Shown here piece after piece: positions 38,257 to 47,375 of a stretch of DNA of 64,000 nt (position 1 is the first letter of the stretch; each line of letters begins with the position of its first letter). Position numbers and translations under genes: made by a program. The notes beneath the pieces are model-generated. The model worked only from the letters and a program-made list of their open reading frames with translations, did not search any database and was not told the DNA's origin. This DNA is from Clostridia bacterium (GTDB lineage: Bacteria > Bacillota > Clostridia > Christensenellales > UBA1242): assembly GCA_016297845.1 (NCBI GenBank), contig JAEDFV010000002.1, positions 671-64,670 of the forward strand, read 5' to 3'.

Positions 38257-38264
38257 TTTTAAAT

Positions 38265-38341
38265 TGGTGTGAGTATGCAGATTCGAACTGCAGGCCTTCC
38301 GCTTAGGAGGCGGACGCTCTATCCAGCTGAGCTATACCCAC
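38265..38341 (-). tRNA. tRNA-Arg (anticodon CCT), CCA encoded
   Basis: Hand-folded cloverleaf: GTGGGTA-TA-GCTC-AGCTGGATA-GAGC-G-TCCGC-CTCCTAA-GCGGA-AGGCC-TGCAG-TTCGAAT-CTGCA-TACTCAC-A-CCA. 77 nt; all stems pair, with one G:U. Confidence 0.93.
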
Positions 38342-38470
38342 ATATTATTGAATTTTTTATTGGTTTGGGTGACTTTATGGTCACTTTTTAAATTTTTGTT
38401 TGTTTTTTGTGTTGCAAGATTGTGCGAAGTATTGGGCGATTTAGAAGGTTTTTTCAAGTTGTATTCGGTA

Positions 38471-38508
38471 CTTAGGAGAGACGCTCTACCTTGCTGAGCT
38501 ACGGAAAC
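38471..38508 (-). other. tRNA 5' fragment (acceptor to anticodon loop) ending at CTCCTAAG
   Basis: Minus strand reads GTTTCCG-TA-GCTC-AGCAAGGTA-GAGC-GTCT-CTCCTAAG, then unrelated sequence. No 3' half can be paired. Confidence 0.6.
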
Positions 38509-38707
38509 ATTTCTTGTACCGAGATAGTTTAACATAAATATTTTAAAAAATCAATTTAATAGCAACAAATAGATTAATCATTTATAAAATAACAATCTTT
38601 TTTTAATTTTTTAACAAAAAAATAAATTTTTTCGACAAAAATTGATATAGATATTGACACAAAAGCATTTTTGGTTTAAAATAAACTAGAAATTTTTATG
38701 AGGTTAT

Positions 38708-39538
38708 ATGAAAGACATAAACAAATATAAATTCTTCTATAATTACTATAAACCTTCAAACGATAGTCGCAACTATGGAGATTTTTTACGTGACTATACT
38801 TTTGAAATTTCAAGATACAGAGAAAACATAAAAAACTTTCATGATTTATATACGATTATAAAAGAAAAATACAAAGTTAAAGAAGGATTTAGCAATTTTC
38901 TTGAGGAAGTTTATTCTTTTAATTATGATAATCTTATTAAAGCAGATGCAAAGAAAAAAGCACTGGATGCTTTTTGGAGTTCTCTCTCCTTTGGAACTGC
39001 AGTAGACCCTGTTGAACATCAAAAGAAACTTGAAAAAGCAATCGAAAAAAGTGAAATTTTCAAAACAACGCTTACAAAAAGACTTAAAGCGATGAATTTG
39101 AATGTTAACATTGAAAATGATAAACTTGCAAAAGTTGCATTAAGCAATTTAAAAAATTCTGATTTACAAAGTATTGTATTAACAAGCTTACAAAATGAAA
39201 TTAGGACTCTGATTGTTTCTGGAATTTTAGAATTCACTAATAGTATTGACAATGCTACAAAATATGTGACTTTATACAGCAAAAATTCCGAACTAAATAA
39301 AGCTTGGGAGTTAACATTACATTGTATAGATAATGATGCAAAAAAAGCATTGCTTGAATGTTTCTCTTGGAAAGACGATTATGACAATGTTGCAAAACCA
39401 AAGTTAAGTGACAAAGTTGATAGTGAAAAGTTCTATAAAGACCTTAACGAGCGCATAAAAGAGAGAGAACGAAGAGAAGGGAAAAAACCTGTTGGAATTC
39501 GTTTTGCTCCAAGTGGTGTTTTCCAAATCAGTTTGTAA
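38708..39538 (+). CDS. Hypothetical protein
   Basis: 276-aa ORF with GAGG RBS. Helical, Lys/Glu-rich, no motif recognised. Confidence 0.5.
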   Translation: MKDINKYKFFYNYYKPSNDSRNYGDFLRDYTFEISRYRENIKNFHDLYTIIKEKYKVKEGFSNFLEEVYSFNYDNLIKADAKKKALDAFWSSLSFGTAVDPVEHQKKLEKAIEKSEIFKTTLTKRLKAMNLNVNIENDKLAKVALSNLKNSDLQSIVLTSLQNEIRTLIVSGILEFTNSIDNATKYVTLYSKNSELNKAWELTLHCIDNDAKKALLECFSWKDDYDNVAKPKLSDKVDSEKFYKDLNERIKERERREGKKPVGIRFAPSGVFQISL

Positions 39539-39546
39539 AAATTCAA

Positions 39547-39578
39547 CAAAAAAAACGATATCGATTGATATCGTTTTT
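39547..39578. terminator. Bidirectional terminator (copy 1 of a duplicated terminator)
   Basis: AAAAAACGATATC-GATT-GATATCGTTTTT. The same stem occurs at 48875-48906. Confidence 0.65.
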
Positions 39579-39595
39579 CTTATATTGAATAGCAA

Positions 39596-42500
39596 TTACG
39601 CTTTTTCAACAATCTTGCTTTCATAACTTGAGCCTAAAGCAGTTACGTATGCATCTTTTGTTCCAGCTGGAACATAGATTGTTATGCTCAAAGAATAATC
39701 TAATGGATCAGTCCAAAATGTTGGCGGTGTAGTACCTTTAAAAGTAATTGCTGTAAGTTTTTTGCATCCAAAAATTACCGAACCCCCCATATTAACAACA
39801 CTACTTGGAATTGTAATTGATATCAAACCTGTGCAATTAGCGAATACATCATCACCTATGGTTGTTACACTGTTTGGGATTGTAACTGATGTCAAGCCTG
39901 TGCAATCAGAGAATGCATGACTATCAATACTTGTTACACTACCTGGAATTGTGATTGATATCAAACCTGTGCAACCAGAGAATGCAGAACTACCTATGCT
40001 TGTTACAGTATTTGGGATTTCAATTGATGTCAAGCCTATGCAATCAAAGAATGCATGACTACTAATACTTGTTACACCGCTTCCAATTGTAACTGTTGTC
40101 AAACCTGTGCAATTATCGAATGCATATTCACCAATACTTGTTACACTATCTGGAATCGTAATTGATGTCAAGCCTGTGCAACCTTCAAATGCATAACTAC
40201 CTATGCTTGTTACACTGTTTGGAATCGTAATTGACATCAAGTTCATGCAACTTTCGAATGCACGACCGCCAATACTTGTTACACCGCTTCCAATTGTAAC
40301 TGATGTCAAGCCTGTGCAACCTTCAAATGCACAACTATCAATACTTGTTACACTGTCTGGAATCGTAATTGACATCAAGTCTGTGCAACCCATGAATGCA
40401 TAATTCCCTATACTCGTCAATGAGGAAGGTAAGATAACATTAATAACATCTGAATCTATGCTATAATATACGAGTCTTTGATATTTCCCAGTAAGAGACT
40501 TAACAGTATATGTTGTACCACCAATTTCAAATGTGTTTGGAATAATATAAGACGTTTCCGATGTGGTTACTGATGTTATGGTTAATTCTGTTTCGTATTT
40601 ACTGTATGTTATGTCACTTGAAGTTAAAGTATAGAAACCTTCAAACTCATATGTAATCGTTACTGCATTTGCTGGCATTGTAAATGTATATACGCCTTCT
40701 GAAATTTTTGTTACTTCAACTGCTCCACTGTTAACTTTCAAAGATTTTATTCCATAACCTGTATTTCCAATCGTTGTTATTGTAACAGTATCGCCATCAA
40801 ATGCTTCGGCAACGTCTGTTTCAACAGTTCCATTATCAGCTTCAACTATTGCAATTGAACTCTTAACTCCAAAGTCAACTCTTACTTCTACGTTGTAAGC
40901 AATCATATTGAAAACATATTCGTTTTCATTTGCTGTTTTTGCTGGAATTAATGTTTCATAAATTCCATCGCCGTTTGAATCATAGAGAACTGAAATGGCT
41001 TTGAGAGAATAGCCATCGTCTGGTGCAACTGTGATTGTGATTTCATCATTGTAATTTGCAGTTGTTTTTGAAGCTGTGAATGAACCATTTACGAAGCTTT
41101 CTTCGTCAATTGTTATTGTATATAAAACAAGAGAGTAATTTACAGAAATTGTTACATTTCCTGCTGGCATTGTGAACTTGTTATCTGTTACAACAATTGG
41201 TGTTTCACCGCACATAACTGTGTATGTTGCTTCATAACCAGCTTCTGGATTTGAAGTTATAACAACTTCTTCACCATATGTTGCTGTATCTTGAATTTCG
41301 AAAGTTCCATGGTCAGAAGTTCCTGTTCTTTCAATAGTGTAAACTACTTGTTTGAATGTAACTGTTACTGTAACATCTTCTCCTGGCATTGAGAATGATG
41401 TTTCACCTACTTCAAGAGCAGTTCCGTTAACCAAAATTTGGTCAAGTTCATAACCTTCATTTGGATAAACTGTGACTTCTACAGAATCACCATAGTATCC
41501 TTCTGTTACAGAAAGATCAAAGGTTCCGTTTACTGTTTCTCCTTTTGTAATTTGAACTGTTTTCTTTCGGCATTCATAGTCAAAAGTAACCTCACCTGCT
41601 GGCATTACAAAGTACGCCAAGTCTTCGCCATTAGGACCCTGTTCCATTTGTACGGCTCCCATAAGGTCGCCTCCTGCCCAGTATAAATTTACACCACTAT
41701 CAGAGAACTCATAACCTGGTTGTGGGGTAGCAAGACATATGTATGCTCCTAATCCAAGTTCTACGGCTACACTTTCCTCAACTACGTAGACTTTTGTTCC
41801 TTCCGCAACAGCTATTGGGTTGGCATAAATGTTTGAACCTTCGTAAGAAACTATATTAATTGCGAATCCTTCTTGCACAAATGTTGCAGAAATTGTTACG
41901 TTTCCTGCTGGCATTGTGAATGTTGCAGTATTTCCATCAATAGTTCCTAAAACATTCAAATCTCCGTTTTTGATTGTGAGACTTTCAAGGCCATATGTTG
42001 CATTTGGAGAAATTGTGAGAGTAATTATTTCGCCAACAATTGCTGTTGTTTTGTTTGGAATTACACTTCCATTTTCTGAAGAACTAACTGCAATTAAATA
42101 TTGATTTGCTGTCAATTCAACTGTTACTTCTGAATTTTCTGTAACAACGAACGAATTTCCAGAAATTGCTGTTCCATTAACTTTTATTGCTGAAACAGTA
42201 TATCCCGCATCTGGAGTTACAGTTACTGTAATTGTATCTCCATAATTTGCTGTTGTTTTTGATAAGGTTATTTTTCCATGTTCTGGATTTATTTTTGAAA
42301 CATCATATTCATTTGCCTTAAACTCAACAGTAACTGTTGTGTCTTGAGCTGGCATAGTGAAAGTTGTTCCAGAGATTGTGTTTCCATTTACTTTTATTTT
42401 ACTGAACAAATATCCAGCATCTGGTGTTATTCCAGTTACTTCTATTGTGTCGCCATAGTTTGCAGTTGCTGGAATAGTGAAAGTTCCATGTTCGCTTGCT

Positions 42501-43096
42501 TTTGTCAAAGAATATGTAATCTTTTCAAAAGTTGCGTTAATTGTTATGTTTCCTTTTGGCATATTAAAAGAGTATTTATCTCCTTCTTTAGTTACCAAAA
42601 TTTGGAGGCCTCCATTAAGAACTTCAAGATATGTAGATTCATAACCTTTTGTTGGAACTGGTGTAAGAGTTACTTTTGTACCCCATTCAATTTTATCACC
42701 AGTTGAAATGTTTTGCTCATCAACTTCAATGTCAATTGTTCCGTGTTCAACGTTACCGATATTAACTGCATAGTTTATTTTCTTAAACCTTGCTGTTACA
42801 TTAATGTTTCCTTCTGGCATAACAAATTTATTGTTGATAACTATTTTTCCGTTAACCTTCAAAGAGTCCTGAACATATTCATAACCTTCTCCAGCTTCTG
42901 GAATAATGGTTATTTCTTCCCCAGCAATCGGATCGCCAATAACTTTAACCGAACAACCACTTGGGATTGCTTTGTCGATTGTTATGTTATACGCTGTCAT
43001 ATCTGCTTTTGTACAAGCTGTAAAGACAAATGCAGAGCAAAAAATAAGCGCAAAGCAACATAACACTGAAAGCAACGCTTTTTTGATTTTTGTCAT
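39596..43096 (-). CDS. Large surface lipoprotein, paralog 1: ~11 Ig-like B-repeats (Listeria-Bacteroides/InlB-B type) plus BspA-type leucine-rich repeats
   Basis: Signal peptide with lipobox (VFTAC). Repeated ~70-aa units (..HGT..v.....a.yGdtvtvt.tPd.GY....ikVNG..i.g..FtMP...vtv...F). C-terminal 23-aa LRR_5-type units (IP.SVTSIG..AF.GCTGLTSITI). Confidence 0.85.
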   Translation of the reverse strand: MTKIKKALLSVLCCFALIFCSAFVFTACTKADMTAYNITIDKAIPSGCSVKVIGDPIAGEEITIIPEAGEGYEYVQDSLKVNGKIVINNKFVMPEGNINVTARFKKINYAVNIGNVEHGTIDIEVDEQNISTGDKIEWGTKVTLTPVPTKGYESTYLEVLNGGLQILVTKEGDKYSFNMPKGNITINATFEKITYSLTKASEHGTFTIPATANYGDTIEVTGITPDAGYLFSKIKVNGNTISGTTFTMPAQDTTVTVEFKANEYDVSKINPEHGKITLSKTTANYGDTITVTVTPDAGYTVSAIKVNGTAISGNSFVVTENSEVTVELTANQYLIAVSSSENGSVIPNKTTAIVGEIITLTISPNATYGLESLTIKNGDLNVLGTIDGNTATFTMPAGNVTISATFVQEGFAINIVSYEGSNIYANPIAVAEGTKVYVVEESVAVELGLGAYICLATPQPGYEFSDSGVNLYWAGGDLMGAVQMEQGPNGEDLAYFVMPAGEVTFDYECRKKTVQITKGETVNGTFDLSVTEGYYGDSVEVTVYPNEGYELDQILVNGTALEVGETSFSMPGEDVTVTVTFKQVVYTIERTGTSDHGTFEIQDTATYGEEVVITSNPEAGYEATYTVMCGETPIVVTDNKFTMPAGNVTISVNYSLVLYTITIDEESFVNGSFTASKTTANYNDEITITVAPDDGYSLKAISVLYDSNGDGIYETLIPAKTANENEYVFNMIAYNVEVRVDFGVKSSIAIVEADNGTVETDVAEAFDGDTVTITTIGNTGYGIKSLKVNSGAVEVTKISEGVYTFTMPANAVTITYEFEGFYTLTSSDITYSKYETELTITSVTTSETSYIIPNTFEIGGTTYTVKSLTGKYQRLVYYSIDSDVINVILPSSLTSIGNYAFMGCTDLMSITIPDSVTSIDSCAFEGCTGLTSVTIGSGVTSIGGRAFESCMNLMSITIPNSVTSIGSYAFEGCTGLTSITIPDSVTSIGEYAFDNCTGLTTVTIGSGVTSISSHAFFDCIGLTSIEIPNTVTSIGSSAFSGCTGLISITIPGSVTSIDSHAFSDCTGLTSVTIPNSVTTIGDDVFANCTGLISITIPSSVVNMGGSVIFGCKKLTAITFKGTTPPTFWTDPLDYSLSITIYVPAGTKDAYVTALGSSYESKIVEKA
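40503..43096 (-). repeat. 2.6-kb near-identical direct repeat, copy 1 (partner 50061..52654)
   Basis: Constant offset of 9558 nt. Encoded residues 1-864 are identical except T34K and K42E. Spurious plus-strand ORF translations are also identical between copies. Confidence 0.9.
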
Positions 43097-43184
43097 TTTA
43101 TCCTCCTGTAACTCGAATATTTAACTTTTGTTTTAAGTTTTCCTTTTTTCGGTATTTTATGCCTTTATGTATAGAAGTCCATTG

Positions 43185-43216
43185 AAAAAACTTAGCAAAA
43201 AATAATTTTTGCTTAG
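43185..43216 (-). terminator. Rho-independent terminator after rubrerythrin
   Basis: Minus strand: CTAAGCAAAAA-TTAT-TTTTTGCTAAG followed by TTTTTT. Confidence 0.55.
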
Positions 43217-43276
43217 TTTTCAAAATATTTAATTTTTAAGATTGTTTACACTACTCATCTCTGCTAAATGAATAAA

Positions 43277-43807
43277 TTATAATTTATCTGTAAAATAGCT
43301 TTGTGGATGATCACAAACTGGGCAAACTTTTGGTGCTGTTTTACCAAAATGGATATGTCCACAGTTCAAGCATTTCCATGCAACAACTTCATCTTTATTG
43401 AAAATTGTTCCATTTCTAACTTCTTCCAAAAGTTTAAGATATCTTTCTTCGTGATGTTTTTCAATCTCACCAATTGCTTCAAATTGATAAGCCAATTTGT
43501 CAAACCCCTCTTCTTTTGCCTCTTTAGCCATGCGAGAATACATATCTGTCCATTCTCCATGTTCTCCAGCAGCAGCATCAATTAAATTTTCTATGGTCAT
43601 TGGAACCATTCCTCCATTGAGTGCCTTGAACCACAATTTTGCATGCTCTTTTTCATTGCTTGCTGTTTCTTCAAAAATATTTGCTATTTGTTCGTAGCCT
43701 TCTTTTCTTGCTTGTGATGCATAAAAATTATACTTATTTCTCGCTTGACTTTCGCCTGCAAACGCTTCTTTTAAATTTTTCTCTGTTTTTGTTCCTTTAA
43801 GTTCCAT
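43277..43807 (-). CDS. rbr: Rubrerythrin
   Basis: N-terminal ferritin-like diiron domain (E..A...[20 protein letters not shown]) and C-terminal rubredoxin CLNCGH...CPVCDHP. Confidence 0.9.
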   Translation of the reverse strand: MELKGTKTEKNLKEAFAGESQARNKYNFYASQARKEGYEQIANIFEETASNEKEHAKLWFKALNGGMVPMTIENLIDAAAGEHGEWTDMYSRMAKEAKEEGFDKLAYQFEAIGEIEKHHEERYLKLLEEVRNGTIFNKDEVVAWKCLNCGHIHFGKTAPKVCPVCDHPQSYFTDKL

Positions 43808-43818
43808 ATTTTCTCCTT

Positions 43819-45222
43819 TTATTTTATTTCAGATGAACGATCAAAATACTTTGTATGCAACAACATTTCACTTGTGTCGCTTAGCGGTGTTTTCAAAAAT
43901 TCGCTGTATATTTTTTTTACTAGTGGATTTTGATGGGCACACCTAGTTTCCAACCCTTCATCTTTTAAGTATAGAGCATTTATTCGTTTTTTCCTAACAA
44001 AATCATCAATTTTTTTTATTTTCGGCTGTCCACCACCACCTGAACAACCACCGGGACAAGTCATAACCTCAATAAAATCAAAATCTGTTTTTCCTGATTT
44101 TATCATTTTTATTAAATCATGAACATTCCTAAGTCCGTTGACAACAGCAACTTTTACGTTCGCTCCACACACATTAATTTGATCTTCTTTAATGCCATTA
44201 AGTCCACGCACTTTTTCAAGTTTCAAGAAATTATCTTTTGGCTCTTTACCAGTTAACATATAATATGATTCACGCAAGACAGATTCAGTAACACCACCGG
44301 TTGCACCGAAAATAATTCCTCCGCCAGAACCTCTACAAATATCATCAAATTCGCCATCGTATAAATTGCCATAAGGAATATTTTGTCGTCTTATCATATG
44401 TGCAAGTTCTCGCACTGTTAAAACATAATCGACATCATGAATGCCTGGCATATAACCATAATCGTCAGAAATGGAAAGTTCTTCTCGTGTTATTTCATAT
44501 TTTTTTGATGTGCACGGCGTGATAACCACGTGAACAATGTTTTCAGGTTTTATCTTTTTTTGCTTTGCAAAATAAGTTTTAATGATTGCACCTTGAATTG
44601 AAATCGGACTTTTTACTGTTGACAAATTTGGAATAAGTTCTGGCTCAAACATTTCAACAAATCTAACCCAAGAAGGACAACAGGACGAAAACATTGGCAA
44701 CACTCCCCCATGTTTAATTCGATGAATAAGTTCACTTGCTTCTTCCATAATTGTAACATCTGCCCCAAATGTCACATCAAAAACATAATCAAAACCTAAC
44801 ATACGAAGAGCAGTAATCATTTTCCCTTCATCAAACATCCCCGAATCATAACCAAATTCTTCAGCAAGAGACACTCGAACAGCAGGTGCTGTTGACACAA
44901 CTAAAACTTTTTCATAATTGCTGAGTGCATCTAAAACCTCTCTGTAGCTTGACTTTTCGCGAAGCGCATTAAATCCGCACACAAGAGTACATTGACCACA
45001 CCCAATACAAGCATTCGGTTGACCTGGTTTATTTACATTGTAATTTGAGCTAAGTCCGGTTACATGATTGCACATTTCTCTGCATTGTCCACATTTTATG
45101 CATTTTGTTACATCACGAAAAAGGCAAGGGCTGTTCTCATCTACAAACACCCTTGCATCTTCTCCAAGTTTTTTCTTAATAACTTCTTTTAACTTCTCTT
45201 GTTTTAATTTTTTTAAATTCAT
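43819..45222 (-). CDS. hydA: [FeFe]-hydrogenase catalytic subunit (2x[4Fe-4S] + H-cluster domain)
   Basis: Ferredoxin motifs [11 protein letters not shown] and [12 protein letters not shown]-cluster motifs [16 protein letters not shown] and [16 protein letters not shown]. Confidence 0.85.
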   Translation of the reverse strand: MNLKKLKQEKLKEVIKKKLGEDARVFVDENSPCLFRDVTKCIKCGQCREMCNHVTGLSSNYNVNKPGQPNACIGCGQCTLVCGFNALREKSSYREVLDALSNYEKVLVVSTAPAVRVSLAEEFGYDSGMFDEGKMITALRMLGFDYVFDVTFGADVTIMEEASELIHRIKHGGVLPMFSSCCPSWVRFVEMFEPELIPNLSTVKSPISIQGAIIKTYFAKQKKIKPENIVHVVITPCTSKKYEITREELSISDDYGYMPGIHDVDYVLTVRELAHMIRRQNIPYGNLYDGEFDDICRGSGGGIIFGATGGVTESVLRESYYMLTGKEPKDNFLKLEKVRGLNGIKEDQINVCGANVKVAVVNGLRNVHDLIKMIKSGKTDFDFIEVMTCPGGCSGGGGQPKIKKIDDFVRKKRINALYLKDEGLETRCAHQNPLVKKIYSEFLKTPLSDTSEMLLHTKYFDRSSEIK

Positions 45223-45227
45223 TTCCC

Positions 45228-45986
45228 CTATCCAATTTCCTTTGTTTTGTCTTGTTTTTTTACCTGCTTAAGTTCTTTAACTTCTGCCTTAATTTCTTTT
45301 TTAGAATACATTTTTCTAAGCAGTCTTTTTAAGTTGACTTTATTCTCTGTTCCAACTAAAAGTCTAAATATATTCTGCCTATGCATGATCCAAGTTAAAC
45401 AAAACATTATAAAAAGTAAAATTGTGATAACTAAATTACTGCTTTCACCCGTGTACTTTAATGCTTCAATGAATGTAACAATTGAAATGAAAATAAACGA
45501 AGCAACGGCACCATAATCAAATATATAAAGATATAAAAAGCAAAATGCAAAACAAATGGCAACACAAATTGGTGATGAAACAAGAAAAACTCCGAGCATA
45601 CATGCTACGCCTTTCCCACCTTTAAACTTGTAAATTACTGGGAAATTGTGCCCAAGGATAACAGAAAGCCCGCCAATGTATAGCCCCATCATTGCGGTTG
45701 ATGATGAATGTAATCCCAATATATCAATATAACTGCCTACTTCGAGCCCACCAAACAAGAAGAAACCCAAAAGCGCAGACACTGTTCCTTTTAACGCATC
45801 AAGGACAAGCGTTAAAAGCCCAGCGCCAAAACCGTATGCACGAAGCATGTTCATTGTCCCAGGATTTCCACTTCCTTGCTTTGTTATGTCACTTTTCAAG
45901 ACTTTGCGCGAAAGAATTCTTGCAAAACTTATGTTTCCCAAGAAATATGAAACTATAATAACAACAACATATCTCCACCATTCCAT
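45228..45986 (-). CDS. plsY: Glycerol-3-phosphate acyltransferase PlsY (with C-terminal extension)
   Basis: YFLGNISFARIL and GSGNPGTMN motifs, multi-TM. Lys-rich tail of about 50 aa. Confidence 0.85.
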   Translation of the reverse strand: MEWWRYVVVIIVSYFLGNISFARILSRKVLKSDITKQGSGNPGTMNMLRAYGFGAGLLTLVLDALKGTVSALLGFFLFGGLEVGSYIDILGLHSSSTAMMGLYIGGLSVILGHNFPVIYKFKGGKGVACMLGVFLVSSPICVAICFAFCFLYLYIFDYGAVASFIFISIVTFIEALKYTGESSNLVITILLFIMFCLTWIMHRQNIFRLLVGTENKVNLKRLLRKMYSKKEIKAEVKELKQVKKQDKTKEIG

Positions 45987-45990
45987 TATG

Positions 45991-47322
45991 CTATTGATCT
46001 TTCTCCTTTCTGTTTTTGAAAATTAATTTTATAGGTGTACCTTCAAAATTAATTGCTTCACGTAGTCTGTTTTCCAAAAATCTTTGATATGAGAAATGGA
46101 CAAGTGCTCCATCATTGACAAATATAACAAATGTAGGAGGACAAACTTCCGCTTGTGTTGCATAAAGGATTTTCAGTTTTTTGCCCTTTTTTGTAGGCGG
46201 TTCTTGTGCCAAAATTGCTTTTTGGATAACTTCATTTAAAACCCCAGTTGAAACTCGTCGAGAATTATTGCCGTAAATTTCCAAAACAGTCGGCATAATT
46301 CTCTCAAACCTTTTCCCAGTTAAAGCAGAAACAAAAATAGGTTTAAAATAATTCATAAAGGAAAGTTTGTCCGAAAGCATTTCTTTGTATTCGTTAATTG
46401 TATGACCGTCTTTTTCAACAAGGTCCCATTTGTTCATTACAATTAAATTAGGTTTCCCTTCTTCGTGGACATAGCCAGCAATTCTGACATCTTGTTCGCT
46501 TATTTCTTGACTTGCGTCAAAAACGATAAGTACAATGTCCGCGCGTTTGATTGCTTCCATTGCACGAATGACACTGTATCCCTCAACGCTTTCTCGTTCA
46601 ACACTGCGTTGACGACGCATGCCAGCAGTGTCAATCAAGACATAATCTTTCCCTGCATATCTAAAAGGCGTGTCAATTGCGTCACGTGTTGTTCCTGCGA
46701 CATTTGAAACAACAACACGTTCTTCACCCAAAATTCGGTTAACAATTGAACTCTTGCCGGCATTAGGTCGACCGACAACTGCGATTTTAATAACACCATC
46801 ATCTTTTTCTGTGATATCTTGACCTTTGAATGCAGGAGAACTTATAATTTCGTCCAAAACTTCTCCGAGACCTTTACTTTGCTCGCAAGAAATTGGGAAT
46901 GGTTCGCCAAGTCCAAGCGAATAGAAATCATAGGTGTTTTCAACTTCGAACCTGTCTAATTTGTTTACAACAAGGATAACTTTTTTGTTGGTTTTCCTGA
47001 GTAACGCTCCAACTTCTTCGTCCGCTGGAGTAAGCCCATCTCTGCCGTCAACCATAAAAATTATTACATCAGCAAGGTCAATTGCAATTTGTGCTTGAGA
47101 ACGAATTGTTTTTTGAAAAACATCAGTGCTTTTGCTGTCAAGACCGCCTGTGTCAACGAGTGTGAAAACATGCCCGCACCATTCTGCGTCAGAATAAATT
47201 CTGTCACGCGTTACGCCTGGCATATCATCAATTATACTGATTCTTTTTCCGCAAATCTTGTTGAAAAACGTGCTCTTGCCCGTGTTAGGTCTTCCAACAA
47301 TTGCAACTAATGGTTTTTTCAT
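45991..47322 (-). CDS. der: Ribosome-associated GTPase Der/EngA
   Basis: Two tandem G-domains (GRPNTGKST, GRPNAGKSS; DTGG/DTAG; NKLD/NKWD) plus a KH-like C-terminus. Confidence 0.95.
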   Translation of the reverse strand: MKKPLVAIVGRPNTGKSTFFNKICGKRISIIDDMPGVTRDRIYSDAEWCGHVFTLVDTGGLDSKSTDVFQKTIRSQAQIAIDLADVIIFMVDGRDGLTPADEEVGALLRKTNKKVILVVNKLDRFEVENTYDFYSLGLGEPFPISCEQSKGLGEVLDEIISSPAFKGQDITEKDDGVIKIAVVGRPNAGKSSIVNRILGEERVVVSNVAGTTRDAIDTPFRYAGKDYVLIDTAGMRRQRSVERESVEGYSVIRAMEAIKRADIVLIVFDASQEISEQDVRIAGYVHEEGKPNLIVMNKWDLVEKDGHTINEYKEMLSDKLSFMNYFKPIFVSALTGKRFERIMPTVLEIYGNNSRRVSTGVLNEVIQKAILAQEPPTKKGKKLKILYATQAEVCPPTFVIFVNDGALVHFSYQRFLENRLREAINFEGTPIKLIFKNRKEKDQ

Positions 47323-47375
47323 CTCTTTTCCTAGTTTAAATTTATCATAATCTAATTTATTTTCAAAACAAAATG

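Larger units (their letters stand above)
32869..38264. mobile_element. Decayed tandem integrative-island relic at the 3' side of tRNA-Arg(CCT)
   Basis: Three tyrosine-recombinase remnants, a duplicated tRNA 3' fragment, repeated junctions (terminator plus tRNA 3' end) at 34261-34345 and 38225-38309, and cargo genes without housekeeping identity. Confidence 0.6.

Noticed and set aside
38342-38508. Considered that the tRNA 5' fragment plus downstream sequence is an intron-containing or split tRNA
   Set aside because: No complementary 3' acceptor strand (CGGAAAC-N-CCA) exists nearby. The anticodon stem cannot form, and the 126-nt gap has no group I intron features that I can recognise.
38332-38535. 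67-aa minus-strand ORF in the track
   Set aside because: It overlaps the tRNA-Arg gene and the tRNA 5' fragment, has no RBS, and is a translation of structured RNA and intergenic sequence.
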